Origin: an uncultured virus (IMG/VR IMGVR_UViG_3300028883_000006)
Lineage: Duplodnaviria > Heunggongvirae > Uroviricota > Caudoviricetes
Virus record (IMG/VR): IMGVR_UViG_3300028883_000006
DNA: 64,000 nucleotides
Direction: 5' to 3' (one strand)
Both the position numbers and the translations under genes were made by a program. Positions 29,927 to 37,986 of the stretch are shown one piece after another (position 1 is the stretch's first letter; every line of letters starts with the position of its first letter). The notes below the pieces were generated by a model. That model searched no databases, had not been told where the DNA came from, and worked only from the letters and a program-made list of their open reading frames with translations.

Positions 29927-30307
29927 TTATCTTAGTTTACTATCATATACTACCACATCATTGTCGAGTATATGCCATGTTGATACTAAACAGGATGCCA
30001 TAAACCCCAACACGAACAGGGCAAGAGGTAATGCACCTGTTGATATGACAGACCATAATCCCAGTATTCCAAGTATCGGCCCGATAAGTATTAGGAACCA
30101 TTTACCTTTGAAAAAATGCTTCGGGTTCAACAGGTTTACGTCATTATCAACTATGTGCCATAATGATACTATACAGGAAATAAACAATCCTATAAGCAAG
30201 ATCCACAGGGGGAACCCTGCAGTTGACGAAAGCGACCATAATCCGAATACTCCAATTAACGGAGCAATAAGGATCAAAAACCATTTACTTTTAATTAACT
30301 TTTTCAT
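29927..30307 (-). CDS. Four-TM membrane protein with an internal tandem duplication
   Basis: Two copies of KWFLILI.P..G..GLWS..ST...PL......WHI.DNDV. Confidence 0.7.
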   Translation of the reverse strand: MKKLIKSKWFLILIAPLIGVFGLWSLSSTAGFPLWILLIGLFISCIVSLWHIVDNDVNLLNPKHFFKGKWFLILIGPILGILGLWSVISTGALPLALFVLGFMASCLVSTWHILDNDVVVYDSKLR

Positions 30308-30336
30308 GTCTCTATGTGTTTGTTAAACATTATGTT

Positions 30337-30717
30337 TCAGAAGGGATTATCCTCCTCTATATCTTCTGCCGGTTGATCTTTGGAAGGGGCCTTTGACAGC
30401 ATCTTCATCTCATCGACCATTATCTCCGTCTTGTAATGAGTATTACCTTTATCATCCTCCCAGGACCGGGTTTTTATCCTGCCCTCAACAGCTATCAGCA
30501 TACCTTTGGTGATATGCTTTTCTGCTACCTTCGCAAGGTTTCCCCACATGACAATGTTGTGCCATTCTGTTTCCGTTACCTTTTCATTCTGCTTGCTCAT
30601 ATAGGATTCATTAGTGGCAAGGGGGAAGTTTGCCACTACCTTACCACTATCCAGATATTTCACATCGGGATCGTTTCCTACATTGCCTATCAGTTGTACT
30701 TTATTCACTATGCTCAT
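30337..30717 (-). CDS. ssb: Single-stranded DNA-binding protein
   Basis: VNKVQLIGNVGNDP, TEWHNIV, VEGRIKTRSW; acidic tail ending in PF. Confidence 0.95.
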   Translation of the reverse strand: MSIVNKVQLIGNVGNDPDVKYLDSGKVVANFPLATNESYMSKQNEKVTETEWHNIVMWGNLAKVAEKHITKGMLIAVEGRIKTRSWEDDKGNTHYKTEIMVDEMKMLSKAPSKDQPAEDIEEDNPF

Positions 30718-30758
30718 ATCAAAGTCGTTTTTATGTTTGTAAATAATATTGTTTATAC

Positions 30759-31151
30759 TTACTCATCCTTACTAAAGTCTTTATATGTCCTCTTATCGCC
30801 TTCCTTCTTCTCCATTCTTAACTTAATTTGAGTATATTGCCTTTGGATATAATCGTTGCTGGTTACAATAGCATAGCACTTGGCAAGTCTTTCAGTGTAT
30901 CTCATCTTTTCAATAAGGTTTAACTTTTCAAAGATTTTTATTAGTCCTTTGTCCAGGGCATAGAAATTACCGTCACTTGCTTTCATTATGTAATAAGTCT
31001 TGCCATCCTGCCGATTGAACTCCCTGGCTTTGTTTATTGTCCTATTCAGCAATTTGGTTTCTCTATTGATCGACCATTGCTGTCTTTTGTAGGCAATCCA
31101 TTCCTGCCAGTCAAGACGGATCCTTAGCAATATTTCCTTAGCGTAATTCAT
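30759..31151 (-). CDS. Hypothetical protein
   Basis: 130 aa; overlaps the upstream gene in the operon. Confidence 0.55.
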   Translation of the reverse strand: MNYAKEILLRIRLDWQEWIAYKRQQWSINRETKLLNRTINKAREFNRQDGKTYYIMKASDGNFYALDKGLIKIFEKLNLIEKMRYTERLAKCYAIVTSNDYIQRQYTQIKLRMEKKEGDKRTYKDFSKDE

Positions 31152-31665
31152 AGGTCCCCTTTTTTATACCTTCTGCAAACTTCCTTAGGCTTTTAATATT
31201 GAATAGGTATGTAATACATTCTCCTACTAATAGATCATCCCTGTCAGGATCAAACTTTATTTCAATATGATCTTTCTCATCAAGTATCTCTATAAGTTTG
31301 TCAGCTATACTTCTTTTGACTATCCCTGCTATATTCTCAGGTGTAAGGTTAGAACACAATAGTTCAGCCGGTATCTGTAATTTCATGCTAATTTTTGAAG
31401 CTCCCGGGGCATCCCTTACAGGCTCCTCAAAGACTTCCATTATACCAAGTCCATGAGCATTAATGTTTCTTGCCCCATACCAATAAGCATTTTTGAACTG
31501 CCTCTTAAACCTGCAATCAAACTTTATAATCTGTCCCTTCATGGACTCCGGTTCGTTAGCAAGGATATCCAGTTTTTCATCTCTGTCCTTGATATCCTTC
31601 ATTAAGGAATTTGCTAATTCCTTTAGTTCTTTATTTTCTCTTTTCAGTTTTCTTATTCCAAACAT
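31138..31665 (-). CDS. Hypothetical protein
   Basis: 175 aa directly downstream of the terminase. Confidence 0.55.
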   Translation of the reverse strand: MFGIRKLKRENKELKELANSLMKDIKDRDEKLDILANEPESMKGQIIKFDCRFKRQFKNAYWYGARNINAHGLGIMEVFEEPVRDAPGASKISMKLQIPAELLCSNLTPENIAGIVKRSIADKLIEILDEKDHIEIKFDPDRDDLLVGECITYLFNIKSLRKFAEGIKKGTYELR

Positions 31666-31677
31666 GACTTCCTATAT

Positions 31678-33693
31678 TTAAAAACTGGCTTCAGACTGTA
31701 CCTTTTTAACACTGGCTGAAGTCGAAGTTTTGGTTACTATCTTTGGTGGTGGCAGGTATCTGAGAACTATCCAAAGGTCAATAGCTGTAGTAATGACTAT
31801 ATCATCATGTCCTCCATCCACTGCTCCCAGTGTACCATTCTGTTTTATCTCGTACATATCCATCTCATCACAAGCCCTGGAGTCTCTTTCTATATATCCT
31901 TCCTCCCTTAGTACAGCGTTCATCAGGTTTATGACCATTGGCTTAGTTGACAGGTTAGTATGAAATCCATACTTTGCAGGTATTCCTTCCCTTACTCTTT
32001 CGGGATCTGTCCTTGCATACAGGTTAGGGTAGTAGTCCTTTATCTCATCGAGTATTGTAAGTGAGTGTTCACCTTCCGTTCCTTCCGTTTCGGTTCTCAA
32101 GGAGTTTACTTCAATAGCAACTATACCTTTATTATAAAACCATCCTATCTGTGCTGCCTTCCATGCAACAAGGTCCTGGTCAAGGTGTCCTCTCCATGTA
32201 GCAACTACCTCAGGCTTGCCTCCTTCTATCATCCAGTATCTATCAATTACCCGGATAACAGACCAGTCTGCATCTTTAGTTCTTCCCCCGATATCTACAG
32301 ACACCGGATATCTGTTAGGGATATTGAGTGATTTGTCAGGCAATGACCATATCCATAGTTCCCCTGCAGGATTCTTGACAAACCTTATATTCTTCAAGGC
32401 ATCTGGTCCGAAGTGTGAGTCAGCATCTAAATCTCCGATGATTTCAGGTTCCTTGCAGTTCTGTCTTGCTTTCTGGACATATACCGGTGCAAAGGCCCTT
32501 CTTCCTGTTGACTGGAAGGCTTCTTCCGGGGTTGAAGGAAATTCGGAGTTCATACGCCAGTCATCGTACCCTTCACCTTTCTTTGTCCTAATATACCAGT
32601 TAATACCCTCCAGGGTAGCTCCCAGTTCCCATAGGAATTGTGCATACTCATTCCCTTTACGGAACACCCATCTTATAAACTTGGTATAATCTAAGATAGG
32701 TCTTTGGTATATTTCTATCTCCCACCATGCAACAAAGACAGGGCGATAATCGGATATTTTGTTTACAGCACTTATCCATTCTCTATGAAAGAAGTTACCT
32801 ACACCTTTAGCTGTTGACTCCATCACAGCCAGGGTATAAGGTTCATTGGGTATTGTTGCTCTTATGGATTGGGCAAGATCTTCTGCAGACTTTTGTGCTG
32901 TTGACTTCCATAATCCAACCTCAGACAGGTGGCTCATAGCAAAGTCAAATGATCTGAGGTTGTCAGGTTTTTGTACCGACCCTACACCTACAATACAGTT
33001 ACGTTCAACAATCCTTTTGTTCTTAGTACTTCCTTCAAATGCTTCAAAGGTGATGCTCCCTACAGCTTTGGGGTATTCCCTTGCCAGGGTAGTATACATT
33101 CCCCTTATGTTTCGTGCCTGGTCCTCTACATCTGCAATAATGGCTGAGTGCCAGTTTTTCTTATGTTGTGTCTGTATCCAGGCCATGTAATACTGAACCA
33201 TAGTTGAGCCTCCCCATTGTCGTGCCTTAAGCAATATAATTCTTATAGGGATATTGTTCAGCCTCATATCCTCAAGTTCTACCAGGAGTTTCCTTTGAGC
33301 CTTATTAAGCCTGAACTGGATCTGTTCTTTGCTTATCTTATCCTGTATCTTGCCACAGGTATATGCCCAAAACTCGAAGTCGTGTTTCATCCTTTGTTCA
33401 TTGAGGTTAGCCATAAGGATATCGACATCCGACTTTCTTCCCTGCCCCATTACTTTTAGCACAACTTCCTCAGGGGATCCAAGCTGGTTAAGAAGATCAA
33501 TGACTCGTTTGTTTTCCTGGTACATTGACTCCGGGACAAAGAGTGTAAACTTCCGGCTGTTATAGAAGTATTCAACCTTAACCCTTTTTAGAGGCGAACC
33601 TACACCTGTAATAGGATCATAAAAAGAAAATAGGTCATCCCTTCGCTTCTTGTTTTCCTCAAATATTATCCCTATTTCCTTATTTGTTATCAT
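31678..33693 (-). CDS. terL: Terminase large subunit
   Basis: RIILLKARQWGGST (Walker A), HLSEVG (Walker B), MESTAKG; nuclease motifs VDIGG and HDDIV. Confidence 0.92.
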   Translation of the reverse strand: MITNKEIGIIFEENKKRRDDLFSFYDPITGVGSPLKRVKVEYFYNSRKFTLFVPESMYQENKRVIDLLNQLGSPEEVVLKVMGQGRKSDVDILMANLNEQRMKHDFEFWAYTCGKIQDKISKEQIQFRLNKAQRKLLVELEDMRLNNIPIRIILLKARQWGGSTMVQYYMAWIQTQHKKNWHSAIIADVEDQARNIRGMYTTLAREYPKAVGSITFEAFEGSTKNKRIVERNCIVGVGSVQKPDNLRSFDFAMSHLSEVGLWKSTAQKSAEDLAQSIRATIPNEPYTLAVMESTAKGVGNFFHREWISAVNKISDYRPVFVAWWEIEIYQRPILDYTKFIRWVFRKGNEYAQFLWELGATLEGINWYIRTKKGEGYDDWRMNSEFPSTPEEAFQSTGRRAFAPVYVQKARQNCKEPEIIGDLDADSHFGPDALKNIRFVKNPAGELWIWSLPDKSLNIPNRYPVSVDIGGRTKDADWSVIRVIDRYWMIEGGKPEVVATWRGHLDQDLVAWKAAQIGWFYNKGIVAIEVNSLRTETEGTEGEHSLTILDEIKDYYPNLYARTDPERVREGIPAKYGFHTNLSTKPMVINLMNAVLREEGYIERDSRACDEMDMYEIKQNGTLGAVDGGHDDIVITTAIDLWIVLRYLPPPKIVTKTSTSASVKKVQSEASF

Positions 33694-33896
33694 GGTTGGA
33701 CTCTTTTTGTTTTTCTTCTTATCTCCTTCTGTATCACTTTGGCTATATGTGAATTACTACAGAAAAATTCATCTGCCAGGAGATCGTAAAAATGTTTCTT
33801 TGGGAGCAATGCGGAATTTGGCTCAGAGGCTATTAGCTCTTTATATCTTTCAAATATCCGCTTGTGTTTTAACGAAGTTTGCGTAATACGTAACAT
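33690..33896 (-). CDS. Small HTH-like protein (late regulator or terminase small subunit candidate)
   Basis: 68 aa; YDLLADEFFCSNSHIAKVI is helix-turn-helix-like; ATGA overlap with terL. Confidence 0.5.
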   Translation of the reverse strand: MLRITQTSLKHKRIFERYKELIASEPNSALLPKKHFYDLLADEFFCSNSHIAKVIQKEIRRKTKRVQP

Positions 33897-33923
33897 AACA
33901 TTGACTTTTTCACTTAATAAAAT

Positions 33924-33961
33924 TAGGCTTATTAGTCCTGTTCTTAGGGTTAATAACCCTA
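33924..33961. promoter_or_regulatory. 38-bp inverted-repeat element, copy 2, in the divergent terminase/capsid gap
   Basis: TAGGCTTATTAGTCCT-GTTCTT-AGGGTTAATAACCCTA; a TAGATTTG (-7 box) follows at 33982-33989. Confidence 0.65.
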
Positions 33962-34023
33962 TTAGTTACTTACAATTAATATAGATTTGACTCATACGAA
34001 TCATAAAACCAATTTGTATTATT

Positions 34024-35025
34024 ATGGAAGGAAGTACATCAGCAGGTGCAGCAGCCGGAGAAGGAACGCCATCAGGCGAAGCATCAGAGGGTGCCGTACA
34101 AGCACAGCAAACAAATGAGGCAGGGGAAGTACAGGTAACTGAAAAAGCAACCCCCGAGAAAAAGACTGAACCGATAAAAGAAAAGACAATAGCAGATACT
34201 ATTGAGAAGGAACCCGAGAAGAAACCCGAGAAAGATACAGAAGGGGAAAAAACCGAAGGGAAAGAAGAAAAGAAAGATGAAGCGAAGGAGGAGAAGCCAG
34301 TACACAAACACCATGATCGTTTGAGTAAGGCTTTTCCTGATCGTCCATTTGAGAATGATAATGACTATGATACTGCATTGGAAGAATACCTAAGCGACCT
34401 TGAGAGTTATAAGGATAGAGGAGTGACTGCCAACCAGAAACTAATAAATCTGTTTGAAGCATCTCCTGAGGTTGCAGAGGTAGTCCGGGATATGATTGCG
34501 GGGGCCACACTAAGAGAAGCCCTGGCAAGGCATATATCACCTGAGGATCTTAGTCCTGTCGAAGGTGATCCTGATTATGAAGGCTGGGAAAAGAATAAGA
34601 ATGATAGAGTGAAGAAAGCCGAGGATCGCAGGAAATTTGAACAGGAATACAGTGAGAACCTGGAGTTTTCCAGTCAGGCTATAAAGGAGTTTGCTAAGGA
34701 AAATGATATGACTGAAGAAGCAGCCAGTGATTTTCTTGGCAAATTTGATAACATCCTGGCAGACATCTATCGTGGGAAGATAGGCAAGGAAACACTTGCT
34801 CTTATTAAAAGGGCAATGGACTATGACTCTGCAGTGGAGAAAGCAAAGGAAGATGGCAAAATTGTAGGGAGAAACGAAAAGATTGTTGTCAAGAAAAAAG
34901 AGGACAAAAAAGAGGGAGATGGACTTCCTAAGGTCACAGGTTCAACACTTGAGGACCAAGAAAAAGAAGGCAAGCATTTCTTAGAGGACATGCTTGATCG
35001 TATCAATGAAAGGAAGGTGCTTTAA
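34024..35025 (+). CDS. Capsid scaffolding protein
   Basis: Acidic, low-complexity N-terminus and helical body; directly upstream of the capsid gene. Confidence 0.7.
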   Translation: MEGSTSAGAAAGEGTPSGEASEGAVQAQQTNEAGEVQVTEKATPEKKTEPIKEKTIADTIEKEPEKKPEKDTEGEKTEGKEEKKDEAKEEKPVHKHHDRLSKAFPDRPFENDNDYDTALEEYLSDLESYKDRGVTANQKLINLFEASPEVAEVVRDMIAGATLREALARHISPEDLSPVEGDPDYEGWEKNKNDRVKKAEDRRKFEQEYSENLEFSSQAIKEFAKENDMTEEAASDFLGKFDNILADIYRGKIGKETLALIKRAMDYDSAVEKAKEDGKIVGRNEKIVVKKKEDKKEGDGLPKVTGSTLEDQEKEGKHFLEDMLDRINERKVL

Positions 35026-35056
35026 AACAATGTGGAATTTTTAAAACGAGACAAAC

Positions 35057-36421
35057 ATGAAAAACAATATTTTTTATTACGGAACTAAAATACTCGGCTT
35101 TGCCCTTTTTGTGGCAGTGCTGTTAGTATTTAATACTGTCGCTGCTGCAGCTACAGGTGTAGTCTTTGCTATGGCTGATGGTGCTGTTGTAGCTGACCAG
35201 CCGGTGCATACCACACCGGTTAAAGCAGGTAGTGCAGATTTGCTAACTAACCATATATCCAAGATAGTAACGCAGATGAAACCTGCTGCTACTCCCCTGG
35301 ATACGATACTCAGGCAGGTAAATAACCAGGTAAAGATCAATTCATTCAGGAGTGACTTTTACAGGGTTGACTCCAGACCTTTATATGATACTGTTAAGAC
35401 AGCTTATACTAAGACTGGTGACGGTGTAACTAATGTTGAACTTGAGGTTAATAATATTCAGGCATGGAGTGCTGATGACACCTGTATGTTTAAAGGCGTA
35501 ACAGGGGCACAGGACAGTAATGACCTTGTATGTTATGTAATAAGCAAGAATGTCAGTACATCTAAGATAAAGATTCAGCCCCTTAACGGTGATTCTGGTT
35601 CAGGAACTACTGAAGGTTCGATTGTACTGCCAACTATAGCACAGAATACTGTTATAGTACGTATGGGACCTGTTAAGCACGAACTGGATGCTCAGACAGA
35701 TCCTTACGCTATCGTGCCTGTCAAGGACTATAACTATGTCCAGATATTCATGGCACAGGTAGAAGAAGGTACTTACCAGGCCATGCACAGCAAGGAAGTT
35801 GACTGGTCATTCAAAGACTATGAGGCTCAGAATATCTATGATATGAGAGCAAGGGTTGAGTATTCATTCCTATTTAGTTATAGGTCACTGTTTACTTCTG
35901 TAGAAGATAGTAAAGAACGTCACACTACAGGAGGTGTTACAAGGAATATAACCAAAGGTCTTGAGTATGGTACCGGTGGAGCAGACCGTACCGTTACCGA
36001 TGCTAATTTTGTTGACTGGACCAAGAGTATCTTTACAGGTAACTCAGGAGCAGAGACAAGAGTGCTTTTCATAGGTGATGGTCTTGGTGCTAATATATCA
36101 AAGATCACTACAGTACAGAAACAGATCGAAGCCAAGAAGGTAGAGGTTAAATGGGGTATTCGCTTCAATCAGATTGAAACTAACTTTGGTATCCTTCTGA
36201 TGAAACATCACCCACTGTTTAATATTGCTGGATGGGGTGATAATGGACTTGTACTTGATATGAATAATATCGAGAAGCATGTATGGAAGCCGATGGCAGC
36301 TCGTAAACTTGACCTTATAACCTCAGGACAGAGAAATGCTAACGCATCTGTTATAGAGGAGGCAAGTGCAGCTATATGTCGATATCCTGATACTCACGCT
36401 ATAATTGCACCTAAGGCATAG
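35057..36421 (+). CDS. Major capsid protein with hydrophobic N-terminal leader
   Basis: TPLDTIL, YNYVQIF, EYSFLF, TTGGV and IETNFG..LMKHHPLF resemble SU10/DUF5309-type capsids; sits between scaffold and a terminator. Confidence 0.8.
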   Translation: MKNNIFYYGTKILGFALFVAVLLVFNTVAAAATGVVFAMADGAVVADQPVHTTPVKAGSADLLTNHISKIVTQMKPAATPLDTILRQVNNQVKINSFRSDFYRVDSRPLYDTVKTAYTKTGDGVTNVELEVNNIQAWSADDTCMFKGVTGAQDSNDLVCYVISKNVSTSKIKIQPLNGDSGSGTTEGSIVLPTIAQNTVIVRMGPVKHELDAQTDPYAIVPVKDYNYVQIFMAQVEEGTYQAMHSKEVDWSFKDYEAQNIYDMRARVEYSFLFSYRSLFTSVEDSKERHTTGGVTRNITKGLEYGTGGADRTVTDANFVDWTKSIFTGNSGAETRVLFIGDGLGANISKITTVQKQIEAKKVEVKWGIRFNQIETNFGILLMKHHPLFNIAGWGDNGLVLDMNNIEKHVWKPMAARKLDLITSGQRNANASVIEEASAAICRYPDTHAIIAPKA

Positions 36422-36440
36422 TATAGCATAATATAATATT

Positions 36441-36466
36441 AGGGGGCTTACCCAAGCCCCCTTCTT
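36441..36466 (+). terminator. Intrinsic terminator after the capsid gene
   Basis: AGGGGGCTT-ACCC-AAGCCCCCT then TCTT. Confidence 0.7.
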
Positions 36467-36503
36467 AAACTAAAATGTAGCGAGAACCAAAAAACAATTT
36501 ATC

Positions 36504-36989
36504 ATGGCACAAACTAAAATTTATCAATCAATTAGATTTCACACTCTTGACACCTATGTTATGGTGGATGGAAAACAACACCTTATAGAGTTCAGGGGTG
36601 GAACGCTGAAACCTGATATCAAAGGGAAATTCACGACTAACGATCCGAAACTTATCAAGGCTCTGGATAATGATTCAGGCAATGGTAATTCATTCAAATG
36701 CATAGGGGTAATAGGGAAAAAGGATCCTAAACCTGACAATTTTAAAAGTAATCCCCCGGAGGGGACAGACGAACCTGCACAATCCGGGGAAGAACATCCA
36801 GATACACCTGATACAAAAGTCGATCAGAAAGCCATTATAGCTGACGGAATAAGTACCGTTCAGGGAGCAAGGGATTACTTAGTAAGCAATGTAGATGGTC
36901 TGACGGCAAGTAAGCTCCCTAACAAGGCAGCTATCTTAAATGCAGCTAAAGCAAACAACATTGTATTCCCGCACCTGCCTAAAGACTAA
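36504..36989 (+). CDS. Hypothetical head-associated protein
   Basis: 161 aa after the capsid gene; two small domains joined by a Pro-rich linker. Confidence 0.6.
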   Translation: MAQTKIYQSIRFHTLDTYVMVDGKQHLIEFRGGTLKPDIKGKFTTNDPKLIKALDNDSGNGNSFKCIGVIGKKDPKPDNFKSNPPEGTDEPAQSGEEHPDTPDTKVDQKAIIADGISTVQGARDYLVSNVDGLTASKLPNKAAILNAAKANNIVFPHLPKD

Positions 36990-36992
36990 GCG

Positions 36993-37601
36993 ATGGAAAG
37001 GGCAGGGCTGGTTAATAAGGTAAAAATCAAGCTGGATGAGTTCACTCCTGATGGGGTGGACCTCCCTTTTGATGACTATATAGGACCGATGCTTGATGAG
37101 AGTGCTAAAGACATACTTGAACAGGCACCTTTGCACCTTATTATCCCTGAAGAAATACCAACGTCAGCCATTAAGTATCAGAATGATCTTGTTTACATCC
37201 CGGTTCCAGATAATTATATCAGGCTCTATGAGATAAAATTTCCTTCATGGAAGAAATCTATAAGGGAAGCTATCAGTCAGTCACATCCGATGTATGAGAT
37301 TCAGGAAAATGAATATACCAAGTCGGGGTTGGGCAGACCTTCAGTTGTCTTAAAGTATGAGAAGGTCGATAATATACCCGGGAGGTGGCTTGTATGCGGT
37401 AAAGTATCTGATGTAGGAAGCCCAACACCTTCAATAGCACTTTATGTTAGAGAGCTATTACCAGAACAGCTTAGTGATCATTTTGCCGATGCATTGACAT
37501 GGCTTGCTGCATCAAAGATATTTCAGATAGAAGGACTGATATCTCAGGCAGAGATGGCTCTGGCACAGTATAAATTGTCATTACAGAATAAAAGTATCTG
37601 A
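36993..37601 (+). CDS. Head-tail adaptor-like protein
   Basis: RAGLVNKVKIKLDE N-terminus, VPDNYIRL and DALTWLAAS; position in the head module. Confidence 0.6.
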   Translation: MERAGLVNKVKIKLDEFTPDGVDLPFDDYIGPMLDESAKDILEQAPLHLIIPEEIPTSAIKYQNDLVYIPVPDNYIRLYEIKFPSWKKSIREAISQSHPMYEIQENEYTKSGLGRPSVVLKYEKVDNIPGRWLVCGKVSDVGSPTPSIALYVRELLPEQLSDHFADALTWLAASKIFQIEGLISQAEMALAQYKLSLQNKSI

Positions 37602-37603
37602 TT

Positions 37604-37984
37604 ATGTTATTTACAGGCAGCACACCGGAATATTTGCTCAAGATAATTGACAGGGATGGAACACAGAAGGATCCTTCTGTTTCAACCCAGGTAGTAGAGG
37701 TCAAGATATTTATATATAATTCTTTGACCAGGGCAAGTGTGGGAAAGTTTATTCTTAATGAAAATCCTTTACCAAGTGGGTTTAATAGAGCTACTGTTGT
37801 TGATCTTGGAGGAGGAGATAAAAGGGTGAGATTTGAGCTTACTGCAACTATGACAAACGCTGCAGGAGGTAACAGCAACTCTATTCAGGTGGATGTTCAT
37901 TTTTATGATACTGATTATGCTGATAATACAAGAATAGTTAAAAAACAAGGCCGGTTCAGTGAAATTACGAAGGCTCAGACTTAG
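37604..37984 (+). CDS. Beta-sandwich virion protein (BppU-N-like)
   Basis: 126 aa; FTGSTP..LKIIDRDG and VRFELTATMT. Confidence 0.5.
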   Translation: MLFTGSTPEYLLKIIDRDGTQKDPSVSTQVVEVKIFIYNSLTRASVGKFILNENPLPSGFNRATVVDLGGGDKRVRFELTATMTNAAGGNSNSIQVDVHFYDTDYADNTRIVKKQGRFSEITKAQT

Positions 37985-37986
37985 TT

